64,000 nucleotides of DNA from Octopus sinensis (taxonomy: Eukaryota): NCBI RefSeq assembly GCF_006345805.1, contig NC_043001.1:103664001-103728000 (forward strand), in the 5' to 3' direction. Both the position numbers and the translations under genes were made by a program. Below, in pieces: positions 1 to 13,039 of this stretch (position 1 is the first letter of the stretch; each line of letters opens with the position of its first letter). The notes under the pieces were generated by a model, which saw only the letters and a program-made list of their open reading frames with translations, was not told the origin of the DNA and ran no database searches.

Positions 1-51
1 GGACAATTACTTATACGTAAGTATGAAATCACTGTGATACAGGTCTATATA

Positions 52-312
52 TTTTTTAAATGTCTTACTTTGAAAAATTGCATTCGGTGGGATTAGTAAT
101 ATTTTTGGTAGAAATGACTAATTGTCCCTCTTAGCGTGTGGCATGTATGTATAATGCCTTCTGGCATGTATGTATAATGCCCTCTATATATAAATTAATA
201 TGTTCAATAAGAAATAATTATTTTCGAAATTTTTTCTCTTATGAGGTTTTCACGCTATCTACCTGACAATTTCTTGTTAAGTTTTCCTTATTAAGTAGTT
301 GTCCTTAATTGC
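52..312 (-). mobile_element. Short repeat-family copy (probable Penelope-like pLTR derivative), homologous to 27888-28122
   Basis: Reverse complement aligns by eye with 27888-28122 (gcgtgaaaacctc.taagagaaaaaa; cacgctaagaggga). The window start ggacaatta is an inverted copy of 119-127. Confidence 0.55.
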
Positions 313-339
313 TATATATACATACATATATATATTCTC

Positions 340-748
340 TTTCTCTTTTCTCTTTTCTTTGTTTCAGTCATTTGACTGCGGCCATGCTGGAGCACCGCCT
401 TTAATCGAGCAAATCGACCCCGGGACTTATTTTTTGTAAGCCCAGTACTTATTCTATCGGTCTCTTTTGCCGAACCGCTAAGTGACGGGGACATAAACAC
501 ACCAGCATCGGTTGTCAAGCAATGCTAGGGGGACAAACACAGACACACAAACATATACACACATACATATATATATATACATATATACGACAGGCTTCTT
601 TCAGTTTCCGTCTACCAAATCCACTCACAAGGCATTGGTCGGCCCGGGGCTATAGCAGAAGACACTTGCCCAAGATGCCACGCAGTGGGACTGAACCCGG
701 AACCATGTGGTTGGTTAGCAAGCTACTTACCACACATCCACTCCTGCA
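340..748 (-). mobile_element. tRNA-derived CORE-type SINE (family A)
   Basis: Reverse strand has a tRNA-like head (gcaggagtgg..gggttcagtccc), cttgggcaagtgtc, an internal (TA/CA)n tract and the tail aaggcggtgctccagcatggccgcagtcaaatgactgaaac. Many copies in the window. Confidence 0.9.
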
Positions 749-782
749 CTATATGTATATATATATACATATATATATATTA

Positions 783-860
<78 letters not shown>

Positions 861-1282
861 ATATACACACACCCATGCCAATTTCCCATTGTATTTTTAT
901 TAGCGAGTAGCCACAGCAAGATACATATAAACACCAGGCATTCTATTCATTTCCCAATTCAAAGGGGTTAGACCCGTTCTATGTTCGGATGAAGTCATAG
1001 AACGCAATATCAGCAGCGAGGTCCGACAGCATATGCCGGTTTACCTCCACCGCTCCATGCTGGTTCCGCACCCCTTTGAGCAACATCAAAATTCACTCAT
1101 ACATACACAAACACACTCCAAGCTTTTCTATCATTTATAAACTCTCTTGCCTCTCTCGCTCCAACAACTCTAACCACCATCTACACAAACCGAGGTCTGC
1201 CTCTCGTTCTGCTGCCTACCACTTCTGCTTTGATCACTCTCCATAAAACTCCGCTCCTCATCCATCCTCTCCATGTGGCCTT

Positions 1283-1433
1283 CACCGTATATTGACTATA
1301 GAGAATAGTTTAATATTGAGGGGTATAAAACCCCTTAACGAAGAACATGGTATAAGTACGCATGCCCTTTTTTCTGTAACGCGGTCTTGTATGCTGTAAT
1401 ATTGAATTATTTTCTGTAGTCAATATACGGGTG
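1283..1433. repeat. Small foldback element with ~33-bp imperfect inverted arms
   Basis: ccgtatattgacta (1285-1298) is the exact reverse complement of tagtcaatatacgg (1417-1430); pairing extends imperfectly inward; internal aggggt/acccct hairpin. Confidence 0.6.
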
Positions 1434-1435
1434 CA

Positions 1436-1615
1436 ATGCTTAGCGGCATTTCGTCTGTCTTTACATTCTGAGTTCAAATTCCGCCGAAGTCAACATTGGC
1501 TTTCAACCTTTCTGGGTTGATGAATTAAGTACCAGTTGTATACTGAAGTCGATCTAATTGACTGCTCCCTCTCCCCCAAAATGTTGGGCTTTGTGCCAAG
1601 AGTAGAAAAGAATAG
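1436..1615 (+). mobile_element. tRNA-derived SINE family B, 5'-truncated
   Basis: atgcttagcggcatttcgtctg..gagttcaaattccgccga..taagtaccagtt..agtagaaaagaata. Confidence 0.85.
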
Positions 1616-1689
1616 ACGGCGAAGGTTTACAATTCTGTTTATAGAACGTCAATCGCCACTGTTGCCTTTGTTCCTGCAGAATTTGCATA

Positions 1690-1858
1690 TCTTTTCTCTT
1701 TGATTTGTTTCGGCCATGCTAGGGCACCGCCTTGAAGGGTTTTAGCCGAACAAATTGATGCCAGGAGATTTTTAAAGCTCGGTGTCTTTTTGCTGAACTG
1801 CCAAGTTAAGGGAACTTAAACGCACAAACACCGGTTGTCAAGCGGTGGTAGGTTCCAA

Positions 1859-1928
<70 letters not shown>

Positions 1929-2002
1929 GTAAATACATATATACGACGGGCTTCTTTCAGATTCCATCTATCAAATCCACTCACAAGGCTTTGACCGGCC
2001 CA
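1690..2002 (-). mobile_element. SINE family A, degenerate, with (CA)n/(TA)n expansion
   Basis: ggccatgctagggcaccgcc, ccggttgtcaagcgg and ggcttctttcag..aaatccactcacaaggc match family A. Confidence 0.8.
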
Positions 2003-2053
2003 TCCCATTTTCTGTATGTCCCTATCTCTCTTCTCTCTCTCTTTCCCATTATC

Positions 2054-2128
<75 letters not shown>
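2054..2128. repeat. (CTAT)n microsatellite
   Basis: Direct reading. Confidence 0.95.
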
Positions 2129-2520
2129 CTTAAATCTCCCAGAACACTCTTGCAAAATAATAATAAAATAGAAATAAAACGAAAAAGAAAACAGACACTA
2201 AAAAAAAGGCGACCTTTGAATGCCATCAATAGACTCTCATAATAAATCCAAATAAACTTTTATGGAAGTCTCTTGGAGTGAATGAATAACCTGATGGCAA
2301 AAGGAACGACGGTGCCTCTACTTGTCTTTTTCATTCTTAGAAAATTGAAAGGCAAAAGACACTTCAGATTTTGATTTTAAAATCTTCCATGGCGAAAGAG
2401 AAAGAGATTAGACACTGCGACGTACTTGAACTCGTATTTATAATTTTTGGCTACAACCTACTTCGCTTTGTGAGACAAGATGAAGGCAGGAGGTTAGTCA
2501 ATATCCTCGTTCCTTGTTCG

Positions 2521-2821
2521 TGACTGGTACTTTATTTAATCGAGTCCAGAGTGACAACAACAAAGTTAGCCTGGGATAGATTTGAATCCAGAGCATATAG
2601 GCGGTGAAGTAAAAACCTCACGGCAGTTTTCCTATGCGCGAACGGCTTGGTAAGAGATTCGCCATCGTAATTTTTACTGCAGTTCAAACTACCAAGGCGT
2701 TCGAGCATAGGAAAAATGGCATGAGGCTTTTATTTCACCGCCTATATGCTCTGGATTCAAATCCAACCCAGGCAAACTTTGTTGTTATTACTCTGGACTC
2801 GATTAAATAAAGTACCAGTCA
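2521..2821. repeat. Inverted duplication of a degenerate SINE-B fragment (100-bp arms, ~100-bp spacer)
   Basis: 2521-2620 vs reverse complement of 2722-2821: 7 mismatches in 100 nt by manual alignment. Confidence 0.9.
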
Positions 2822-3794
2822 TGCACTAGGATCGATGTTGTTAGACCACGGAAGAAGTCTGTAAATTGGCTCGAGTCTGTGTGTGTTTCATTATTTTGCA
2901 AGATTTCGTAATATTGTGTTAAAGCTGATCTTAGATCTTTCCGAAGGTTGGCAAGTTTGAAAAACGTATCATTACCAAATTTTGCCAAAAGTTCGGCGAA
3001 TTCCTCACGGAGATCACCGAAATGCTTCGTTGGCGGTTTCTATGAACATTGTTCGAAACAAAGAGAGGTTTTTGAAGAAAATGAGCGAAAATTCGTAAAG
3101 TCATGCGTATGGACCGCTGCCGAAAAAACCCACACTCTCTACTGAGCACTCCAAAAATTGCAGTAAAAATTAAAATTATAATCCTCCCATTTTTGTTACT
3201 GCGCCTGAAATTCAAATCCAGACATCAATCTGTGACATATTCTGAATAATTCAAGACGATATTAAAGGCTGATGCTATCGGAATATAGAGTATTTCAAAA
3301 GAAACTTATGCATCGTTCTAAATGTTAACTTTTTTTTCTATCTTCAAAGCTGTTAGGATCAAATCAAATATTCAATCTGTATGAACAACCATCCTCTGGT
3401 TAAATGTTAGAGCTTGAAATCAAATTAGTTGAAGAATCGTGTTGCGTCAGTGATAATCGATTCATTAACCTTTTCTGCGATGATAATCCGCAACAGTAAG
3501 ATCTCCTGTGATATGGAAAAAAAAACATAATCTCTGAGAGAGAGAGAGAGAGGGGGGGGAGGGCTTAACGAACATATTCACGTAATATCGCAATATATAT
3601 ATATATAACTATTATAATCAACTTCCTGGCACTGAATGTACTTGCTGCCTCTCAATTTAGTAAATACATTTTTCATGAAGAAGCGCCAAAGCAGCGTGAC
3701 GGGGAGTTATATTCTGCAACCATGCGTGCAGCCAATTTGTCATTGTCTAGAAATATTTTGCGCTGTAGTTTCTTTATGATGTTACTGTCTAAAT

Positions 3795-3852
<58 letters not shown>

Positions 3853-3882
3853 GTATGTATGTATGTATGTATGTATGTATGT

Positions 3883-4065
3883 GAAGGCGCGTGGCTTAGT
3901 GGTTAGGGCATTCGGCTTACGATCGTAAGGTCGTGAGTTCAATTCTCGGTGACGCATTGTGTCCCTGAGCAAGACACTTTATTTCACATTGCTCCAGTCC
4001 ACTCATCTGGCAAAAAGGAGTGGTACTTGTATTTCAAAGGGCCAGCCTTGTCACGCTCTGTGTTT
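3883..4065 (+). mobile_element. tRNA-derived SINE family C, 3'-truncated
   Basis: gaaggcgcgtggcttagtggttaggg..gtgagttcaatt (A/B boxes), gtgtccctgagcaagacacttta, atttcaaagggccagccttgtcac. Confidence 0.85.
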
Positions 4066-4119
4066 TCTATTGACCGTCGAGAAAAGTTACGTCATTCCTT
4101 TAAAATACTATTGTTATTT

Positions 4120-4240
4120 CTTTTTATCACAGGTTTTGTTGGAGCTCCTAGAGTCTTACATGCGTAGCGGGCTTACTACCTGCAGCCTACGGTGCCATGC
4201 TATCCATTCTTTTCAGCTATCGAAAACTTTCCTAATGATT
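4120..4240 (-). mobile_element. 3' UTR fragment of an RLE-type non-LTR retrotransposon (same subfamily as 6480-6715)
   Basis: Closely similar to 6500-6620 (catgcgtag.gggcttactacctgcagcctacggt.ccatgctatccattctt). Confidence 0.75.
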
Positions 4241-4855
4241 TATCATCATATTCATTATCATTATTATTATTATCATTATTATTATTATTATGAAAGACTT
4301 TCGGATATTTCTTAATTACTGATTATTCTTTACTTGAAAGCAATAACAAATCACCAAAGGTTTTATGTTCTGCCTTCTCCTGTGACTCAAAGAGAAAATA
4401 TTCTCCTTAGAATGCGAGCTTTACCCAACAAGGCTGTCTTCCGGATCACCTCGAGCCTGACAGCATCTCCAATATTCTTAATATTTTTTCTAAAACTCTT
4501 GGAAACTGCTCCTAATGCTCCAATTTCCACCGGTATCACCATTACTTCCCTCACGCCCCATAACTTTCTCTCTCAACCCCCAATGGTTGGTATTTCTCAC
4601 TATTTTCAGTTTCCTTAAATTTCCTCCTCGAATCACCTGATATTGCAACATCTATTATCTTTACTTCTTTTTCATCTTTATGGCTGATCACGATATCTGG
4701 CCGTCTCGTCTCTGTGACTTGGTCGCACTGCATGTTAAAATCCCAGAGTATTTTCTGATACTCCCTCTGGCTTGTGTTCATACCATCATTCGACTCTCGC
4801 GAGGCTTGCTTTACCGCACAACAGCCAGGAGACATATCTGGCCACATTGTCCTGT
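4240..4855 (-). mobile_element. RLE-type (R4/Dong-like) non-LTR retrotransposon 3' part, frameshifted restriction-like endonuclease domain
   Basis: Minus-strand translation: DNVARYVSWLLCGK..WYEHKPEG..ILWDFNMQCDQVTETRRPDIVISHKDEKEVKIIDVAISGD..EKYQPL..RKTALLGKARILRRI*, followed by a (TAA)n tail. The PD..D..K pattern is that of RLE clades. Confidence 0.9.
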
Positions 4856-4872
4856 CACATATCTAGCCAGTT

Positions 4873-4921
<49 letters not shown>

Positions 4922-5784
4922 TATTATTATTATTGTTGTTGTTGTTATTGTTGTTGTTGTTATCCAAATCAGTTTGATCGGCTGCATGTGACTTAGAGTT
5001 TCCTAGACTTTTTACAGAAACTTTAAGTCGCATGGCGTGGAAGCAAACTGTTGCAAATAACATATCTGCAACACCAACTAAATGTGCTAAGTGCCTTCTT
5101 CTTTCCTTCGCCCACTCACCTCTCTATCTCTCTCTCTCTATATATATATATATATAATATTGTGTGTGTGTGGGTGGTGTGTGTGCATATTTAAAGAGAC
5201 GCCAGCCAGTTTAAGTGAGATAAAGCTCAATATTTTTTTTTGTTTATTACAGCGATATTTTTGATGGTTGTTCAGAAATTTTGTGAATGTTTGAGAGGTT
5301 TTGATCGTATCAGGTTATCTGGAATTGCTTGCGTTGTTCATTGCTTTTTTATTGTTAAATAATGCAAATTATTTAACCATTAAAAATAATGCTGCAGTAA
5401 TTACACTTTGAAACAAATGAGAATAATATTGTTATAGCAATAACAATTACGATAATATTTCACCACTTGTCAAACATGAAAACTTATAAGTAAGGGCCAA
5501 GGATGCGTCCTAATAAAGGCTTGTTAAAAGTACTTGCTAAGAAGGATTTAATTATTTGTTAAAGACTAATATTAAAAGCAAAGTTGTTGATTTATGACTA
5601 TATGTGATTGATTTTATGTTTGGGTTGAAGCGTCTGCATTATGTGCAGTTGTGGGTGGTTGTTTGTTTTTATTTTGTATATATGTAAAACCTAAGTTGGC
5701 GCTATAAAAAGGGCCACAGCTACAAATGCAAACCGTTAAAAGTATTACAACAGACGGATATACATACGCAACATTAATATTATA

Positions 5785-6470
5785 AGAAAGATTACCGCTC
5801 TTACCACCCCTTCTACTTTTGTCGCTCTTGATAGTGTTGTCGATTTTGCACATAGTCCTTAACGCTTGTTTTTGTGCTACGCATATAAGTGCTTCTGTCT
5901 CTATCTTCAGGTCATTCCTCCTCATCCACAACCTCTGTCCTGGAATCCGTATCTCTCGTACATTTTTTCACCTTCCATGCTGTTTCATTTTTTCTGTTCT
6001 TTTCCTCTTTAAGTTTTTCTTTCTTTACACAATTATCAATTCTACTGACGCAGGACTTCTTCAAATATTCCAACAATGGTTCCAATCGGTGTCACTCTTA
6101 GGATGTACAGCTCCGTGCTCAGTCAATATCTTTCTTATCTTCGTATCCATGTTCATCAGTTCCTTCTTTTGCCGATTCCAGCTCCATACCAAAGTCATGC
6201 TATTGCTTCTGTGCTAACTGCTTGGGTTTTACTCCATGCGGTCAATTTTGAGCGAACACCAATCCTAGTCTTCGGAAATATTCCTTTCTCAGTTGTTTTT
6301 TCATTTCCTTCTCCATGATTTTGTTGAACTCTAGTACACCAAGATATTTGTAGCCTTCCGTTTCAATTTGCTTAATCAATTCTCTAATCGGTAATTCTGT
6401 CCCTGCAAGAGACAGTACCTTGCCTCTTTTCGGCCTGGGATTTCTTCTTCTTCATCGAGAACCACTGCCT
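5785..6470 (-). mobile_element. RLE-type non-LTR retrotransposon internal part (RT C-terminus/thumb to zinc-knuckle region), degenerate
   Basis: Minus-strand translation: GYKYLGVLEFNKIMEKEM..RKEYFRRL..MDTKIRKILTEHGA..WMRRNDLKIETEALICVAQKQALRT..DKSRRGGKSG. Collinear upstream of 4240-4855. Confidence 0.88.
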
Positions 6471-6479
6471 GGTACTGCA

Positions 6480-6715
6480 TTAGGGTATAATAATAATTAT
6501 TATTATTTCTTTTTATCATATGCTTTGTTGGAACTACTGGACTCTTGCATGCGTAGTGGGCTTACTACCTGCAGCCTACGGTACCATGCTATCCATTCTT
6601 CTCAGCTATCTAATACTTTTCTGATTATTCTGGCCGTACCAAGGAGGCAAGCCTTTTGCAACAGTTCTACTTGGCACTCTTTTCCGATTTCCTTTATATT
6701 TCTCTTCATACCTTC
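6480..6715 (-). mobile_element. 3' end of a second RLE-type retrotransposon subfamily
   Basis: Minus strand encodes GMKRNIKEIGKECQVELLQKACLLGTARIIRKVLDS*, then a 3' UTR and (TAA)n. Confidence 0.85.
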
Positions 6716-7482
6716 TGATCTTTGCTTTCTTTTTTCCCAGTGGATTTTCAGGAATAACATGCTATTTCAAATTGATTAATGCCTTTTCACAAAATTAGCA
6801 AATCCTTATTTCAATTATTTCTCCACGCATTTTGAATAAAATTGAACTTTTTTGTTTTGAATATTTTATATCAATTATGTTCGTCATCGACGTCGTTGCG
6901 ATGTTAACACACTTCCCACGTATTTGAATTAATATTTTTACATTAGCATAGAATAATATTTTTACATACATAACAATTCCACATATAAGCATTATGAAAC
7001 TATTTTTCACAAAATTATCTTTAAACAATTTTATCCGTTTTATTTTGGCTCAATTTGGATCATAATAGCGTCAAGTGAACAGAATTTCGCTCGTAAAAAA
7101 AACGAAAAGGAAAATAATAATTCCAATGAACACAAGGTTAAAACAAAAGACAAAATCACATGTATTTTGCATCCAAACATGCATTATTCATTCACGAAAA
7201 GCATTGTGGTTTTTCTGTTTTAGGTTCTGGGAGGCAACAACAATAACATTGAAAGTTACGCAGGAAAGAATATCTTGGAGAGCCAAAAATACCCTAGTGA
7301 GGATATTTCTGCTAAATCAGCTGGTTTTGTTCGAATTATACAGAACATAGAAGAAGAAGAAGATAATGCTGGGGGCACAGTGATTGAATTGCGTTCATTA
7401 AGACTTTGACATTTCGCTTGAAATATTTCATTTCCGAGTGGACGAAACAAATGTCAATTTAGATTTGTTTCATGAAAGGTAA

Positions 7483-8087
7483 ATTCCTTTCTAGTCTAGG
7501 CTTAGACCCTAAATATGGGTGAGAGGGGCTAGTCGATTAGATAGACCCCAGTACACAACTGATACTTAATTTATCGACCCCGAAAGGATGAAAGGTAAAG
7601 TCGACCTTAGTGGAATTTGGACTCAGAATGTAAAGATAGACGAAATACTGCTAAGCATTTCGCCCGGCGTGCTAACGTTTCTTATTTTTTTATTGTCCAC
7701 AAGGAGACAAACAAGAGGGGACAAACAAGGGATTAAGTTGATTACATCAACGCCAGTATTCATCTGGTACTTATTTAATCGACCCCGAAAGGATGAAAGG
7801 CAAAGTCGACCTCGGCAGAATTTGAACTTAGAACGTAACGGCAGACGAGATACCTATTTCCTTACTACCCACAAGGGGCTAAACACAGAGAGGACAAACA
7901 AGGACAGACAAACGGATTAAATCGATTATATCGACCCCAGTGCATAAGTGGTACTTATTTAATCGACTCCGAAAGGATGAAAGGCAAAGTCGACCTCGGC
8001 GGAATTTGAACTCAGAACGTAGAGACAGACGAACTACCGCTAAGCATTTCGCCCGGCGTGCTAACGTTTCTGCCAGCTCGCCGCCTT
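7483..8087 (-). mobile_element. SINE family B with three tandem body units
   Basis: Head aaggcggcgagctggcagaaacgttagcacgccgggcg at the right end; repeated gaccccgaaaggatgaaaggcaaagtcgacctcggc units. Confidence 0.92.
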
Positions 8088-8876
8088 CATGAAAAGGTAA
8101 ATTGCCTGAGATATGCTTTTATATTTTTTAGGGGTTTATTGTATAGGTTGGATGCTGTGCGTAAAGGTTGTTCGATTTGAGCTGTGTCAAGCAGAGCTAT
8201 ATTTTTAACTGTATGGGGCAGATCTTTAATCACAATGCTCTATTTACTACTGGTGCAGTTTTCACATTCATTCCCAACATTTTGGATGTTTTCGCTTTAA
8301 AATTCTAGCATTTTGCAAAGTTTATAATGGATGAAACATATACCAGTAATACTCAGAGTCAATTCCTTTCACTCGACGCTGAAGTCCATCGACTCCCCTC
8401 GAGCTGAGTGCCAAGGAAAAATATTTGAAATAGCATTAACTCATTCTTGTGTCGATCAAAGATAAAAGAAACATGGTGGCCTGGCAAAATCGTTTCTGAG
8501 ACGAAAGAAAGCTTGGTGGTCCTTGTTCCGGTTTATTTTACAAGGTCAAATCCCACCAGCGATAGGCTTGTCTTGCAACAATTCGAGTTCGATTAAATCA
8601 AGATCGGCCAATCACTAGGCTCGACGGAAACGACTGACTCTGCCCGCCAAAATTTCGATTCTTGTGCCTAAATTCGAAACAATTTTAAAAGCGAGGAGAG
8701 AATAGAACGAAGAGGAAAACAATTAGAAACGGTGAAACTCTTATTCTGAGTTCAAATCTGGCTGAGTTTCATTTTTATATTTTGCCTGGATCATTATGAT
8801 TAATACTAGCCCTACTTGGAATGGTATAAATGAAAGTATCCGTTCCTTTCTTGGGCCTCAGTTAAAAACTATTTTC

Positions 8877-8928
<52 letters not shown>

Positions 8929-10546
8929 AGAGAGGGGGGATAGGAGCAAAAGAAACTCCAATCATATACATTGCAATCTTTAGTTCGATCTTTCAGACTT
9001 CTTTGTTAAATTTTCCTGTATTGATTATTCATCTGATTTCTCTCAGATCGATTACGAAAGAATCTTCTTTTCTTGATAAATTAACGAAATTCGTGCTTTG
9101 GCAGAGTAAAAAAAAAACATAATGGTTCATAAAATTACCGTTGAAAACTAAACAGCAATACAGTAAGAAGTCAGAACAAAGTTAGCAAATGTCCGGTTAT
9201 ATATTTGCCATCGGATGAGTTATGTAAGAAATCGATAGCAATAATACTGAAAGAATAGCAGACAATTCTTAAGAAATCATTTTCCTCGCAGAACAAATTC
9301 TAATAAAGGATCTACAATGCTAATAACACCTTCTAAGTAGAAATATTCACGCAAAAGATTGGAAACGTGCCAAACCATTTTATATTTTAACAAGAATTAC
9401 TTGTGAGTGCAACGTTGAATTCGTCTATACGGAATATAACAACAACACTGGAATAAATAACATTTTAGCAGTAAATAGTTAATTAATTCAGATCAACAAA
9501 GCAACGGAATTATAAACACAATCACACACGTCCCTCACACACAGATACACACGTGTGCGTGCGTGCAAACTTTGGCTTATGGTAGCGTAAGAGGAAGTCA
9601 CTGTGTTGCAAGCATTCAGTCCAGGCCTCTGGCTACCATAGTTCAGATATTTGGTATTAACCTGTAAATGTTCAGGTTAAGCGTGGACGGCATTAATCTC
9701 AGCAGCCTGGCCGAGACGCATAAGCACTCCACAGAAAAAAAAACAACAAATTATTCAAAAAATACGCACAATATTATTATTCTTCGTGGCGCCTAAGACG
9801 CCATTTTTCGTTAAAAAACAGCGGCGATTTATTAATAAGAAAATACGCTGAATATGAAATATGAAAGACAAAATTAATTCTTATCACAAAGATTTTTTTG
9901 TGATTCTCAGCAATTCATTATGTATTCAGAAAAGTAGATTAATTATACGATGTTATTGTTGAATTAGTGTAATAAGTAAGCAAGTTTCGGTTTTAATATT
10001 TGCTGAAAAGATAAAACCGTCGCTTCTCTTGTCAATTCTCTGAAATAATAAATACAAAAGGCAATAAAATGAGTTATCCAGTAGAATAGGTTAACATCCA
10101 TACACAGTAAATCGGATAACTGTGGCCGCAAATCAAGCTCTTTCTCCCAGAGATCGCAGCCAGTTTAATTTCAAATGTTAAAAACGCCAAGCTCGATACT
10201 CTCAACAACATTTCACAGAAATTACAGAAAGTTCCTTGTGACTTCTTCCTTTTCACTTTCTATTCCACGTGACCCTCGTCGGAATGTCCTCGAACGGATT
10301 TAGTTTACCAGGAAAAGCTTTGTTCTCATTCTTGCACGAGAATAACTACAGAGAATTCTTTGCCATAGCCACAGGGCAGAGGAAAAAATACTGATGTTTT
10401 GAAAAGTTAACAACTTATGGCAGTAATAGCATTGCGACAATTGAGGGACCTTATAAAGGATAGAAACAATGAGGTTTTAGATCAAGTGTGATATGGAGAA
10501 AAACAAGCATATAAATGAAATGGAATGTTATATAAGAATATTATAT

Positions 10547-11131
10547 AAGGCGGCGTGCTGGCAGAAACGTAAGCACGTCGGACGAAATGCTTAGCGGTAT
10601 TTTGTCTGCAGTTACGTTCCGAGTTCAAATTCCGCCGAGGTCGACTTTGCCTTTCATCCTTTCGGGGTCGATTAAATAAGTACCAGTTACGCACTGGGGT
10701 CGATATAACCGACTTAACCTGTCTGTCTGTCCTTGTTTGTTTCCTCTGTGTTTAGCCCCTTGTGAGTAGTAAAGAAATAGGTATTTTGTCTGCCACTACG
10801 TTCTGAGTTCAAATTTCGTCGAGGTCGACTTTGCCTTTCATCCTTTCGTGGTCAATTAAATAAGTACCAGTTACGCACTGGGGTCGATTTAATTGACTTA
10901 ATCTGTTTGTCATTGTTTGTCCTCTCTGTGTTTAGCCCCTTGTGGGCAGTAAAGAAATAGATATTTTGTCTGTCTTTACGTTCTGAATTCAAATTCCGCC
11001 GAGGTCGACTTTGTCTTTCATCCTTTCAGAGTCGATGAATTAAGTACCAGTTGTGTACTGGGGTCGATGTAATCGTTTGGCCCCTCCCCCCCAAATTTCA
11101 AGCCTTGTGCCTGGAGTAGAAAAGGAATATT
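10547..11131 (+). mobile_element. SINE family B with three tandem body units
   Basis: Single head followed by three gttctgagttcaaatt..taagtaccagtt units. Confidence 0.92.
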
Positions 11132-11204
11132 ACTTAACAAGTTAAAGATACAACAGACAGCTGTTTAACGGATTTCGGATATAAAGAAGCAGAAGAGAAA
11201 CAAT

Positions 11205-11411
11205 CCTTCCGACAATAGGCTGAAGGCCGGCAATTTGAGGGAAGGGGCAAGTCAATTACATTGACCCCAGTGTGTGACTGGTACTTATCATATCCCGAAA
11301 GGATTAAAGGCAGAAATCAACATCGGTGGAATTTGAGATCAGAACGAAAAGCCAGAAGAAACGCCGCGAAGTATATTGTCCGGCGCTAACGAGCCAACCA
11401 GTTCACCGCCT
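11205..11411 (-). mobile_element. SINE family B, degenerate
   Basis: gaccccagtg..ggtactta..gaaaggattaaaggc..ggaatttga..ccgcct. Confidence 0.8.
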
Positions 11412-11715
11412 CGAAATGCAAAAGTAATAATGGTTTCAAATTTTTGCGCAAGGCCAGCATTCTGAATACATGGGCAACTGCCACAATACAATGCAACGAC
11501 GCAGCCACTGTCACATAGGAAAGGAACTTGTTGAATTGAATGCCCTCACCAAGTACCGACCGTTAAATCATTCAAATACACGAAACAATCATATCAAAGG
11601 GTTTTAAGGCACTTATTCAGCAGAAACACGTGTCGGAACATAATAGAGAGAAAAGGTTTTTAATGAATCAATTCTAAACATGTGCACGTCTCCACTCTCC
11701 ACTTTTATGCCTTGA

Positions 11716-11761
<46 letters not shown>

Positions 11762-11770
11762 GATATATAT

Positions 11771-12072
11771 ATCACTATGATCACCGTGACCGACCAGGCT
11801 ATCAGATGTTGCTACACATCGCTGGTCACAATGCGCTTCGCATTGTTTTAGCCTTCAAATGACGCCGCCCCGCTGGCTAAGCGAGCAGGCCAACAGAAGA
11901 AAGAGTGAGAGAAAGTTGTGGCAAAAGAGTACAGAAGGGATTGCCACAACCCCCTGTCGGAGTCTCGTGAAGTTTTAGGTGTTTTCGCTCAATAAACACT
12001 CACTACGCCCGGTCTGGGAATCGAAACCGCGATCCTACGACCGCGAGTCCGCTGCCCTAACCACTGGGCCAT
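11771..12072 (-). mobile_element. tRNA-derived SINE family D head with an alternative tail
   Basis: Reverse strand: ggcccagtggttagggcagcggactcgcggtcgtaggatcgcggtttcgattcccagaccgggcg; tail aaaacaatgcgaagcgcattgtgaccagcgatg..cggtcacggtgatcatagtgat. Confidence 0.88.
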
Positions 12073-13039
12073 ATATATATAGAGAGAGAGAGGGGGCGGG
12101 GGCAAAAAAGAAAGGAAGAAAGAAAGAAAGAAAGAAAGAAAGGGATATAGATAAATAGTAAACATTGGCTTTCGTTATTTAAATATATTTAAGTTCGGAA
12201 ACAAACAAACGCCGTGATATTCTTTATGTGTTGCTATGACAGTGTCGGGTATGAAGCGATTCCCGATGAAAAGCGCTGAGTTATTTTTATCAGTGAGTTA
12301 TTAAGAGGGTTAGTCACAGAGATAAAGATGAAACGATATTGATCGAAAATCGTGATACAACTAAGCGGCAGCTCAAAAGAATATATAAGTGAATATGTGT
12401 GTATATTAATGTGTTTGTATGTATAATATCCATTACTTGTGTAATATGGCTTCCAATGCATTAGGGTCAGATATCCAAATGTATCCACAAACAAACCCAA
12501 GTTATTAAGATGGCTGTTAAATATGAAAAAAATATGGTTGAACTCGATTGAAATGGATTCAGATTGAATTATTCCCTAGCGACAACCACAGCCAAAAATT
12601 GTATTCATTTCTGTATAATGTCTTCATGGGGCCGTAAATGGTTGAATAGCCAGAGAAAAAAGTGGGAGATAAATTAAAGAAATTAGATGTGGATATTTTG
12701 AAGTCTAACCAAACTTTAAATCGCTTTCATTATCATCTATCTTCGTTTTAAGAGAAATATTGGCTATTTGAACTAGAAAGATCATAAAGATGCAGGCAAG
12801 TAGTCTCATCATTCACTGAGAATCGTCTTTTATATCATCGTAATCATCCTCGCCATCATCGTTCTTATTTCCCGCCACCCCCGCTTCCTCCCCATTCGCC
12901 TAATCTTCATCGCCACCATCGCCTCCAACAACATCTCTAATTATATCTCCGCCGTTGTCGTCGTCCTCCTCTCTTAAGTTCTCCATAGATTGTTGATATT
13001 TCCTATTCATTAATCATTGGCGTCGTCTAATTTGAAAAA

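Noticed and set aside
2803-3215. Protein-like frames on both strands (e.g. KPPTKHFGDLREEFAELLAKFGNDTFF)
   Set aside because: No recognisable domain, weak donor site, and several frames are equally plausible.
3883-3960. tRNA genes at SINE heads (also 14786, 41000, 59640)
   Set aside because: A/B boxes are present but there is no complete cloverleaf and they run directly into SINE bodies.
7416-7460. ttgacattt/aaatgtcaa hairpin with GAAAC-AAAU-GUC
   Set aside because: The core does not fit even with variants; a short inverted repeat could be chance.
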